From positions 1,747 to 65,746 of the IMG/VR virus record IMGVR_UViG_3300021958_011649: a DNA stretch of 64,000 nt, one strand, 5' to 3'. The notes beneath the pieces were generated by a model that was not told the DNA's origin, ran no database searches, and saw only the letters and a list, made by a program, of their open reading frames with translations. The position numbers were made by a program, and so were the translations under genes. Positions 20,780 through 29,460 of the stretch are shown here, piece by piece (position 1 is the stretch's first letter; each line of letters opens with the position of its first letter). Source of the stretch: a virus (Duplodnaviria > Caudoviricetes).

Positions 20780-22728
20780 TATTTAGAACCCTCTCTTTTT
20801 TCAATCCACTCTTTCATTATTGAAGGATGTCCTTTTTCAACATCAATCCAAGGTGTAGGTTTATCAAAATCAATTCTACTATGAAAAATCCAGCCACCCA
20901 TTTCTTCTTTCATTCTAACTGAAATATCTTCAATTTCTTGATCAGTAACATCTTCCCATTTTTTATCAAAAAACATATTGTTCTCAGGAACATCGTCAAT
21001 AACTTTGTTATAAAGGGAAGCCCAATGTCGACTCCAGAAGTTTTTATAAGAATAAACTTTTCGTTTTAAATCAAACCATGAATAGTGATGTACACCAGGT
21101 AATTGTTCAGTAGCAAGATTAATAAAGTTACGATAAGCTTTGAGCGCATCTTTATTACCTTCCATTGCTGCCATCCTAACTTGATGAAGTTGAGGTGTGT
21201 AGAAGTTCATGTCTGGAATAATTTGATAACTATCTGTATGAATATAATCATCACCGTCTGAACCAATAGAGAAAAGATTTCCTTCCTCATCATAACGTCT
21301 ATGTTGAGCATTTACACCGTGAGTTATGTGTGGATCATTCTTGCTTAAGCGCCATTTCCACGGATTGATGTCAACTCTAACTTTTTCAGAACCACCCCAG
21401 TACTCAATAACAGGAAGAGAAACAAGTTTTGTTGTCTTTGGTAATTGTCTAATTAATTTCTTTACTTTACCGTAATCATCTTCGTGAATTACTTCATCAA
21501 TATCAACTTGCCAACACCACTCCCCTGTGCAAAGAGTGCGTGCAGCTGCTTTCTGCTGACCGTTAAATAACGCAAACCTTTTATCATTCCAGTCGCGCTT
21601 AAGCTGTCTAACGACCAACCTCGTGTCTTCTGCAGCCCATTTTTGTAACTCTTCGTAAGTTCCATCATCAGAACCACCATCCAAAACAACAACTTCATCG
21701 CAAAAACCTAAAAGAGACGTAATTGATTCTCGCCATGGATAGTCACTGTTCATAACGTTATAAGCTTGTGTATATCCTGAAAGCTTGACTTCTCTATTTG
21801 CAAAACCACTAATAGTATCCCAAAATCTATTAAAGCCTTGAAGTAAGTAATCTTCTATTTCATCTCTTCCTTGTTGCCACCAAGTTTCTGTTTGGTGTTG
21901 AACATTTTCATTCAACATTAATTCAAGTCCCATTAACTTGGCTTCAATAACCAATCGAGGACATGTATCGCCACCAAGCGGCATAAAAGCTAAACCTTTA
22001 TATTCAGAAAGCGTTCTTAATAGGTCACTATAGTTTAAACCACCAATAACATCATATTCTACACCTTTATTTGATAAGAATTCTTTTGTTTGTTCAACAC
22101 CCTTAATTAAAGAAGTTGAGTTAATAACAACAAATTTATCATTATGTCCATTACTTTGACGAGCATTATGAAGTTTTTCAATATGTTCTAAATCCTTGAC
22201 TTCAAAGATTGAGCTGAGAATTGTTTGTGGTCTTTCTTTTAAGAAAGAAAATCTTTCATGATAGACGTTTCTTTGGCTCTCAGACATCCAGAAAATGTGT
22301 TCTGCACCCGTAAAAAATGCAGAAACCAGTTTACCATGGTTTTGTTGATGACAATCACATTCTTTATCCTGGTGTATTCTATGAACATCAATTGATCGGT
22401 ATGAACAGAATTTATAATCATATTCAACAATAAAATAGTGACAGTTTGCAACTATTTTTGGAAGCATGTTAAAGTCAATTCTGGAAAAATTAAAAAAGAC
22501 CCAAATTTTCTGTGCGCCTTTCATTAATAGTTCATCGTTTAATTCATTACATTTTAATTGAAAAGTTTTGTATGTTGCATTGTTTGCTAGTGCTCCTGTT
22601 GTTAGCTCAGCACCACCTGTATATTCATCCATAAACATATCAGCAACAAATACAATGTCTGACTCTTCAAATGTTATTGAGTTTCTACTACTCGCTTTTT
22701 TCTCACTCTCGAAAGGTGTTGTAAACAT
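20779..22728 (-). CDS. Two-domain glycosyltransferase (N-terminal GT-B-like plus C-terminal GT2)
   Basis: N-half GGAELT, KGV, DTCPRLVIEAKLMG; C-half DEVVVLDGGSDDGT, QVDIDE. Confidence 0.8.
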   Translation of the reverse strand: MFTTPFESEKKASSRNSITFEESDIVFVADMFMDEYTGGAELTTGALANNATYKTFQLKCNELNDELLMKGAQKIWVFFNFSRIDFNMLPKIVANCHYFIVEYDYKFCSYRSIDVHRIHQDKECDCHQQNHGKLVSAFFTGAEHIFWMSESQRNVYHERFSFLKERPQTILSSIFEVKDLEHIEKLHNARQSNGHNDKFVVINSTSLIKGVEQTKEFLSNKGVEYDVIGGLNYSDLLRTLSEYKGLAFMPLGGDTCPRLVIEAKLMGLELMLNENVQHQTETWWQQGRDEIEDYLLQGFNRFWDTISGFANREVKLSGYTQAYNVMNSDYPWRESITSLLGFCDEVVVLDGGSDDGTYEELQKWAAEDTRLVVRQLKRDWNDKRFALFNGQQKAAARTLCTGEWCWQVDIDEVIHEDDYGKVKKLIRQLPKTTKLVSLPVIEYWGGSEKVRVDINPWKWRLSKNDPHITHGVNAQHRRYDEEGNLFSIGSDGDDYIHTDSYQIIPDMNFYTPQLHQVRMAAMEGNKDALKAYRNFINLATEQLPGVHHYSWFDLKRKVYSYKNFWSRHWASLYNKVIDDVPENNMFFDKKWEDVTDQEIEDISVRMKEEMGGWIFHSRIDFDKPTPWIDVEKGHPSIMKEWIEKREGSK

Positions 22729-22783
22729 TTATTGTCTCCTGTTTACAACAATTCTACATAGACAATCAAGAAGTTAAATTATT

Positions 22784-25700
22784 TTACGGGTATGTTACAG
22801 ATTCATCAAGTTTAAAAACTATTTGAATCCCACAATCCCCCAAATTGTTTGTTTCTGTTCTGACTTGAAAATGTAACATGTCACCAGGATTAAAAGAATT
22901 AGAACCGCTAACTGTTAGTGTGTTTCCTGTCCAGTCAATAATTGCTTTATAGTCTGTTGTACCAGCTAAAGTAAAAGGAATATCAGTGCTGCCCGTTACT
23001 ATTGCTTCAATGTTTGAATTATCAAATTTTCCATCCAGTCTGTTTCTTCTAAACCAGGTAATTACAGGCTCACCGCTAAAAGGACTCCCAGTTACGGTGG
23101 GAGTAACCATTATTCTCTCTATACTTCCTGAAGCTGGAGCTATAAACTTACTAGCTGCTGTTGTAGAAGCGAATACCCCTCCAACTTGATAGACATTAAG
23201 AAAATCAAGCGATGTTGAGCTAACAGTATTTGATAATAAAAGATATTCATACCTGTAAGTCGGTGCTGGCGCTCCGCCGTCTGCAGTTATTGCCCCACTG
23301 ACATGTAAGTCGCCACCGAAGACTGCGGTTCCGGGTGTTCCTCCACCTCTGCTTCCGATAGAGCCCGTGAAGAAGAAATTAGAATCAGTTGCCTCTATTT
23401 GAGGACTACCAAAATCGCTCGGATTTGACATAAACAAGTAATTATCTGAAATTGCTTGGAAAGATTCAGAACCAGCATTAGTATCATAACCTCCACGATA
23501 AGTTCCTGATACAACTAAATCACTATTTAAAACTGTTGTTCCACCTGATGTTCCTTTTCCGCCCCCACCAGATGGTGTTGTTCCAGAAACGTAAAGAACT
23601 ACATCTGTTCCGACATTTTCATCTGCAGCATTTAATTCGTTAGATCCGATTAACACCTGATTATCATCAGCATCAACAAGAATTGCTGAATTTAGATTCT
23701 TAGAAGCAACTCTGAAATTAACATCATAATGTCCACCTATCCTTGGAATTTCTTCAGTGTTAACAACAACTTCTTGAATTGCTGCATCTATCTTTAAAAA
23801 AGATCCATCCAGGTTTCCAAAAAATTCAACATCACCAACATCAGTGTCAACAAAAATTGATTTCTTACCTGCATCATTATAAACAGTGAAATCATTTGTA
23901 GTTGCCCCTGCTCTAGCATCGTTAACTGTTAAGCCCTCTTGAATTACAGAGTTAGATTGACCATATAAAGCGCCCGATACGACAACATCGCCACCGAAAA
24001 CAGAAGTTGCAGTAGTCCCTTTTCCTCCAATAGCGCCAGAAACAAAGAAGTGTGTATCAGAAGCAGCAGGTGGTAAACCTTCTGCATGGAACATTACAGA
24101 ATCATCAGATGATGAAACAAAAATTGCCCTCTTTTGGTTTGTTGTTGAAACAGAAAAGTCTTGATCAGAATCCTGGCCGTGATTAAAAAGAGCACCCTTA
24201 ATGTCGAACGTCCCGGGAGAATTACTACAAACGAAAACAGGGTTTGATTCAGCATCTGCGGTGAATCTTAGGGAATCATCAAAAACTAAATATAAGTTAT
24301 TATTACCGTCTATAATCAACGAATTGTTATCTTCTTGCAACTTAACACTTCCCGCTGCATTCATATACAAGGTAGGAAAAGCAGTTCCTTGAGTATCCGA
24401 AATCCTAATATTGTTAAAGGCTCTCATTTCATCAACTGAATAAAACACCCCACTGACCACAGTGTCACCGCCGAAGACTGATGTTCCTTCTGTTCCTTTT
24501 CCTCCGACTGTTCCAGAAACAAAGAAGTTTGTATCAGTGCCGGGTAGAGGTGGTAAACCGTTTGAGAATTCAGCTGATGCAAAACCAAATAATGCAGATC
24601 CTGTTACAGCTAATCCAACGTTTGAACCTGCTTGCAATTGAACGGGTTGTCCATCAACTCCAATTATTGCCCCACTACCTGATGCATATGCAAGATTCAA
24701 GCCTAAAGAAGCAGTTGTTGAACAATTTGTGGAATCACCAATAAATATTTGACCATCATTTAAGTTTGGCGTTGCATTTGAACGTCCAGCACCACCAACT
24801 TTAACACGACTATCACCGCCACCACCATCTCTAACAACAAAACCCATGTTCTGTAAAAGATTTTCACCCCCAGTAGGTCTAATATTTGTCAAAGATCCAG
24901 AAGTATGGTTTGAACCAGTAGCAACATATAAAACATCTCCTTCAGAAAAGATGCCACCATACAAAGTGTTTATATTAAAGTTTGATAAGTCTCCAGAAGT
25001 TACAATTTCAACTGCAGCTCCATCAGCAGCATTTGTTGCTGCAAGGCCAAAAGCTGGCATCTTATTTGGATCGTCACATGCAGCCAAAGCAACAGTTGGG
25101 GTCTGACCGCTGATACCTTTGATGTATACAGCTTGACCTTTCTGTATTGTGTCGCCCTCATCATTTTTAGCGTTAAATCTAATTGCACCTTGAAGATCTC
25201 CATAAAACTCTTTTGAATAAACTCCCAAATAAGCTTGATCAGGAGAACCAATATTTAAAGTTTCTGTAGCCCCACCAGGATAAATTGAACCTGAAACAAC
25301 AACATCTCCACCAAAAACGGCAACACCCCTGCTTGTAGAATCTTTTCCTCCAATAGATCCTGAAACTAGAAAGTTAACGTCACTCATTGTTCTTGGGTTA
25401 GGAGCGCTGGGAGAATCACCCACACCACCTGACATGAAAGCAATATATTCTCTTTGAGCATCCACAACAATGGCAGATTTTGCTCCATCAGTTTTTACAA
25501 AGAAATCAATTTGACCATTAGCAGGATTAACATAAACTGCTGGTTGCGAAGCATCGACATCAGCGGGAGAACCATATACTGCGAATGATGTTCCTTGATT
25601 TGATGTAACTTGAAATGTATTGTCAGGATAAGAACTTCCTGCTTCAAGGTTGATCTGTGCTCCTTGTTTTACATAAAGACTGCCAGACACACTTAAACTT

Positions 25701-25996
25701 CCTGATGTTGTCTCATCAACTTCTATCACCTGTCTTTCAGCATAAAGAGTTCCAGATACAACAAGATCACCTCCAAAAAGAGTGACACCTGTTCTTGTAT
25801 TAGCAGAACCAGAAACAAACAAGAAAACATCAGAACCAACATCGTTAAACATTGCTGCATCTGAAACGCCACCTTCTCTATCCGAAGCAATAGAACCAGA
25901 ATATATTGCAATTCCTACTCCTGTTCCGGAAATACTACCAGAACCAATAATCTTACTTGTCTCTAATTGACCCGCTCTAAAATCTTTTGTTGCCAT
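22784..25996 (-). CDS. Large Ser/Gly/Thr-rich fibre-like structural protein with six internal repeats
   Basis: Six copies of D.xF[FL]VSG....G....VFGGDxVVSG; central GQAVY..G..G..P.V.LA....MPAFGL segment seen in phage fibres; beta-rich C-terminal head. Confidence 0.7.
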   Translation of the reverse strand: MATKDFRAGQLETSKIIGSGSISGTGVGIAIYSGSIASDREGGVSDAAMFNDVGSDVFLFVSGSANTRTGVTLFGGDLVVSGTLYAERQVIEVDETTSGSLSVSGSLYVKQGAQINLEAGSSYPDNTFQVTSNQGTSFAVYGSPADVDASQPAVYVNPANGQIDFFVKTDGAKSAIVVDAQREYIAFMSGGVGDSPSAPNPRTMSDVNFLVSGSIGGKDSTSRGVAVFGGDVVVSGSIYPGGATETLNIGSPDQAYLGVYSKEFYGDLQGAIRFNAKNDEGDTIQKGQAVYIKGISGQTPTVALAACDDPNKMPAFGLAATNAADGAAVEIVTSGDLSNFNINTLYGGIFSEGDVLYVATGSNHTSGSLTNIRPTGGENLLQNMGFVVRDGGGGDSRVKVGGAGRSNATPNLNDGQIFIGDSTNCSTTASLGLNLAYASGSGAIIGVDGQPVQLQAGSNVGLAVTGSALFGFASAEFSNGLPPLPGTDTNFFVSGTVGGKGTEGTSVFGGDTVVSGVFYSVDEMRAFNNIRISDTQGTAFPTLYMNAAGSVKLQEDNNSLIIDGNNNLYLVFDDSLRFTADAESNPVFVCSNSPGTFDIKGALFNHGQDSDQDFSVSTTNQKRAIFVSSSDDSVMFHAEGLPPAASDTHFFVSGAIGGKGTTATSVFGGDVVVSGALYGQSNSVIQEGLTVNDARAGATTNDFTVYNDAGKKSIFVDTDVGDVEFFGNLDGSFLKIDAAIQEVVVNTEEIPRIGGHYDVNFRVASKNLNSAILVDADDNQVLIGSNELNAADENVGTDVVLYVSGTTPSGGGGKGTSGGTTVLNSDLVVSGTYRGGYDTNAGSESFQAISDNYLFMSNPSDFGSPQIEATDSNFFFTGSIGSRGGGTPGTAVFGGDLHVSGAITADGGAPAPTYRYEYLLLSNTVSSTSLDFLNVYQVGGVFASTTAASKFIAPASGSIERIMVTPTVTGSPFSGEPVITWFRRNRLDGKFDNSNIEAIVTGSTDIPFTLAGTTDYKAIIDWTGNTLTVSGSNSFNPGDMLHFQVRTETNNLGDCGIQIVFKLDESVTYP

Positions 25997-25998
25997 TT

Positions 25999-26241
25999 TT
26001 AATCCTCTATTGCAATGTAATGAACTTCACCTGAAAACAAACTAGAAAAATTAGCTGTAAAACCTGAAGTTGTTATGTTGCTTAAAAAACATTCAACCGA
26101 ACCAACACTAGACTCAAGAGTTGCAACAACTTTAGGAATCGAAGAAAAAGTTGAAGAAAAAGATATTGTGACACTTTCTTGATTGGTTACAGCTTGTTTG
26201 GCTGCTTGTGTATTTTTTCCACCTAGCGTTACAACAGCCAT
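25999..26241 (-). CDS. Small H-type-lectin/gp53-like beta protein
   Basis: VTISFSSTFSSIPKVVAT..SNITTSGF..GEVHYIAI; paralogue of 26245-26565. Confidence 0.55.
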   Translation of the reverse strand: MAVVTLGGKNTQAAKQAVTNQESVTISFSSTFSSIPKVVATLESSVGSVECFLSNITTSGFTANFSSLFSGEVHYIAIED

Positions 26242-26244
26242 TAT

Positions 26245-26565
26245 TTAACTTCCTTGAATTGCATGATAATGAATAGTTCCAGTAAATAATTGAGAGGTTT
26301 CAACAACAACATCTGATGTTGTTATGGAAGATATATAAACATTAACATTTGCCATGTCGTTAGATTCAGAGTCAACAGAAACAACTGTTATGATCGGAGC
26401 TGATGAAAAACTAGTGGAGAAAGCATGAGTTACAGAACTTTCATTTGAAAATACAATTGCTCCAACTTCAATTGTTGCTGTGTCTCCACCTGTAGTAGAC
26501 TCAAGAACAGGCTTCTTTCGTATGAAAGGATATACTTTTCTAAATCTCTGTTTGTCTCTTGCCAC
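26245..26565 (-). CDS. Small H-type-lectin/gp53-like beta protein
   Basis: VTHAFSTSFSSAPIITV..NVYISSITTS..GTIHYHAI; GTG start after GAGG. Confidence 0.55.
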   Translation of the reverse strand: MARDKQRFRKVYPFIRKKPVLESTTGGDTATIEVGAIVFSNESSVTHAFSTSFSSAPIITVVSVDSESNDMANVNVYISSITTSDVVVETSQLFTGTIHYHAIQGS

Positions 26566-26600
26566 TTTTAAACCTCAAATATATTCTAAGTATTCTACAA

Positions 26601-27938
26601 TTATATAATTTTTGCAGCTATCGATGATAAATAGGACCTTTCACCTTTTTTCAACTGAATATGACCTGCTACTTTTTCATTCTTAAACTTCTCAGCAATA
26701 ATTGTCAAACCATTTGAAAGAGAATCAATATAAGGTGTATCAATCTGATCAACATCGCCAAGAAGAATAATTTTACTATTTTCACCAATTCTTGTAATAA
26801 CAGTTTTTAACTCATGAATAGTAGCATTTTGTGCTTCATCCATGATAAGAATAGTATCGCTAAATGTTCTACCCCTCATAAAAGAAAGCGGTGCAATCTC
26901 AATGACGCCCTGTTCTCTCATTGAATTAAAATAAGATAAGTCTTTATCTTTTAATCCTTGCCTAAAGTTGTCCATAATTGGAGACATCCAAGGCAACATT
27001 TTTTCATTTAGATCACCAGGAAGGAAACCAATATCTTTTCCAACCGGTTGAATGTTTCTTGTAATTACAATTCTGTTATATCTGCCAGAATGTAAACCAG
27101 CAATTGCAGTCATCAAAGTTAAGAATGTTTTACCGCTTCCTGCAAGCCCAGTTATCGTAACAAGAGGGACATCACTTCTTTCGAGTAAATTAAGGGCAAA
27201 TAGCTGCTCTCTATTTTTATCTTTAACGCCTACCAGATCAAGCTCTTTTGCAGTTCTTATTCTGTTAATTCTTTTATCGTAATAACATCCAACAAAAGAT
27301 TTCTTTTCCCATCTAATGCAAAGAAATTCATTTTGATTTAAAGTTCTTCCAATCTCTTCTTCAATTATTGGAACAATATCTTCACAAGTGTCTTCACTGT
27401 CAAAAAGCCTATCAATTAACGCTGGATCACCAACTGTAACATCGACATAACCTTTGTAGAATTGACTTTCATCACTAAGAACCTTATCTTTATAATAATC
27501 TTCTGAGTTGATACCTAAAGCATCACATTTAACTCTGAAGTTGATATCTTTAGTAACCAAAACGACTTTCTGATCAGATTCTTGTGATAGCTTTAATGCA
27601 ACTGATATTATTTGGTTGTCGACACAATTAGGATCTAAACCTACGGGAACCTTAGCCTTTTGCGATAATAAAACCCTGATATTTTGTTTGTCAAAAATAT
27701 CAATGCCTGTGTGAAGGTTGCCTTCTTTTCTTAAATCGTCAAGAAATCTATTTATATATCTTGCATTCTCACCAATTAAACCTTTTTTGTCTTTAAATCT
27801 GTCTAGTTCATCAAGAACAGATAGTGGAATTAAAATGTCATTCCCTGGAAAAGAATGAATTGAACATCTGTCATAAAGTAAAACTGAAGTGTCAAGAATA
27901 AAGATTTTTCTAACTTCAGGTTTTTTTTGTGTTTTCAT
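26601..27938 (-). CDS. phoH: PhoH-family ATPase with N-terminal PIN domain (PhoH2/YlaK-type)
   Basis: FILDTSVLL, LDELD, LVTKDINFRVK, GLAGSGKT, IGFLPG, RGRTF, MDEAQN, GDVDQID. Start reset to the Met after an AGGA SD. Confidence 0.92.
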   Translation of the reverse strand: MKTQKKPEVRKIFILDTSVLLYDRCSIHSFPGNDILIPLSVLDELDRFKDKKGLIGENARYINRFLDDLRKEGNLHTGIDIFDKQNIRVLLSQKAKVPVGLDPNCVDNQIISVALKLSQESDQKVVLVTKDINFRVKCDALGINSEDYYKDKVLSDESQFYKGYVDVTVGDPALIDRLFDSEDTCEDIVPIIEEEIGRTLNQNEFLCIRWEKKSFVGCYYDKRINRIRTAKELDLVGVKDKNREQLFALNLLERSDVPLVTITGLAGSGKTFLTLMTAIAGLHSGRYNRIVITRNIQPVGKDIGFLPGDLNEKMLPWMSPIMDNFRQGLKDKDLSYFNSMREQGVIEIAPLSFMRGRTFSDTILIMDEAQNATIHELKTVITRIGENSKIILLGDVDQIDTPYIDSLSNGLTIIAEKFKNEKVAGHIQLKKGERSYLSSIAAKII

Positions 27939-28005
27939 CGACAATCCTATTGTTAATCTCATTAGTTCAATATAGAATATTATTCTAAAAGGAGTAAAAA
28001 TAAAT

Positions 28006-28245
28006 ATGAAGTGTTTTTTACACAACAAGAAATTTAATAAACATTGCGCAAAAAAAGATTGTCGATACTGGATTAAGTCTTCATCATGTCAAAACTGTTG
28101 TATACTTGGATCAGAAAGCGCAAATAGCAACCTTACCCTACAGGATGTAGGTGAAATATTTAATGTGACAAGAATGAGGATATGTCAAATTGAAAAAGCA
28201 GCGATAAGGAAAATATCAGAAAGATTATCAAAAAGAATGAACTAA
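28006..28245 (+). CDS. Stand-alone sigma-70 region-4 HTH protein with Cys-rich N-terminus
   Basis: LTLQDVGEIFNVTRMRICQIEKAAIRKI aligns with sigma70 [27 protein letters not shown]; N-terminal C..HC....C...C..CC. Confidence 0.75.
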   Translation: MKCFLHNKKFNKHCAKKDCRYWIKSSSCQNCCILGSESANSNLTLQDVGEIFNVTRMRICQIEKAAIRKISERLSKRMN

Positions 28246-28248
28246 AAT

Positions 28249-28282
28249 AAAAAAGCCGGATTAAAAATCCGGCTTAATTTTT
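28249..28282. terminator. Intrinsic terminator between convergent genes
   Basis: AAGCCGGATT-AAA-AATCCGGCTT perfect 10-bp stem, A-run on the left and T-rich on the right. Confidence 0.8.
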
Positions 28283-28304
28283 ATCTAAAAATAAAATAAA
28301 TCTT

Positions 28305-28490
28305 TTATTCTTTGTCAGCTGTCAGAGAGTCTTTGACCAACTCTGAAGCAATCTTTTTACATTCACGTAAACCTTTTCGAATTCGAACACCAGCTGATTT
28401 GTTTCCTTGGGAATTTTTAATCAAATCTGTCTGAAGAGATTCTACAAGAGTACGAAGAATATCGTATTTTTCTACTAGTTGCTCATTCAT
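28305..28490 (-). CDS. Small basic protein, histone-H1-like Hc1 family
   Basis: GNKSAGVRIRKGLRECKK resembles the GNKAAGTRARK core of Hc1-like proteins. Confidence 0.55.
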   Translation of the reverse strand: MNEQLVEKYDILRTLVESLQTDLIKNSQGNKSAGVRIRKGLRECKKIASELVKDSLTADKE

Positions 28491-28504
28491 TTTAACGCCC
28501 CTCC

Positions 28505-28750
28505 TTAAAGAATTAATTGCGGCTTATCTTCAATTTTAGTATCTTCTGATTCATTGTTAATAGTTTTTTTGAATTTTTTTAAAAAACTAGTCACTTCTTG
28601 AACTTCATTGTGATTCTCAAGAGTTAACGCTAACAAAAACATTATGTCATATTTCTGACTATCAGTTACACCAAAATCTAATATCGTCTTAGAAATATCA
28701 CGAGATTGTTGTTTAAGCTTAACTTCTTTTTCTAAAATAACATTACTCAT
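28505..28750 (-). CDS. Hypothetical protein
   Basis: GAGG SD, coupled in operon. Confidence 0.7.
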   Translation of the reverse strand: MSNVILEKEVKLKQQSRDISKTILDFGVTDSQKYDIMFLLALTLENHNEVQEVTSFLKKFKKTINNESEDTKIEDKPQLIL

Positions 28751-28751
28751 A

Positions 28752-29225
28752 TTAACCTCCTACAATAATATCTTCAATTGTTTCAGTTTTGATTTTTATC
28801 TTACTTTCAGATAAAATCTCAACAAACTTAACTTGTTGTTTTTCACCTAAAACATCTCTTTTTATTACAGATATTTCACCCCACCTTTCCTCTTCGACAA
28901 TGTCTAAAACATGCTCCCAAGTTGCCAAATCACACTCTGACTTACTGAGAACATTTGATAGTCTTTCAGGAAGCATTAATGAAATATCTTCGATGCTTAT
29001 TGTTACTTCACTTTGATCTTTTCCACCAACTATGTCAGATCGACATATGTCAAAAACACGATGTAAGGTGTCACAATTATTGCATTTTACAAACTTTTCA
29101 ATAACTTTTCCTGAATCATCAAACTTTGAATATACAGGAAACTTGTGATTTGTTACAAAACCATCACTAGTTTTAAAAATTGCAAGATAACAGTGACACT
29201 CAATAAGGTGCTTAAGACCAGGCAT
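28752..29225 (-). CDS. Hypothetical protein with probable Zn site
   Basis: ECHC ... CNNC ..H..C. Confidence 0.7.
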   Translation of the reverse strand: MPGLKHLIECHCYLAIFKTSDGFVTNHKFPVYSKFDDSGKVIEKFVKCNNCDTLHRVFDICRSDIVGGKDQSEVTISIEDISLMLPERLSNVLSKSECDLATWEHVLDIVEEERWGEISVIKRDVLGEKQQVKFVEILSESKIKIKTETIEDIIVGG

Positions 29226-29450
29226 CTATTTCTCTTTTAACTCTTTTGTAACAGCTACAATTTCGTTAGACGCTCTAGAAAATGAAGCTTCAATACTTGA
29301 CTCTAAAATTCTTCCGATTTTTAAAAGCTCTGAGCGTTCAACACTAATTGTACCTTCGTTTGACGAGTTATATAAGTCTTGAATTGCTTGTGATTTCAAA
29401 TAAGAAACAACATTTGAAACGCTTTGCATTACTTTTGATTCTACAGACAT
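29226..29450 (-). CDS. Hypothetical helical protein
   Basis: GGAG SD; stop directly abuts the next ATG. Confidence 0.7.
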   Translation of the reverse strand: MSVESKVMQSVSNVVSYLKSQAIQDLYNSSNEGTISVERSELLKIGRILESSIEASFSRASNEIVAVTKELKEK

Positions 29451-29460
29451 GATAATTCTC

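Noticed and set aside
1301-22728. Ordinary bacterial O-antigen/capsule locus
   Set aside because: No Wzx/Wzy/Wzz, ABC exporter or initiating transferase is present and the flanks are phage-like. It is not fully excluded because the cluster runs off the left edge.
438-25970. Numerous 60-110-aa antisense or nested ORFs in the left half
   Set aside because: Shadow ORFs of strongly supported genes, with no SD or motifs
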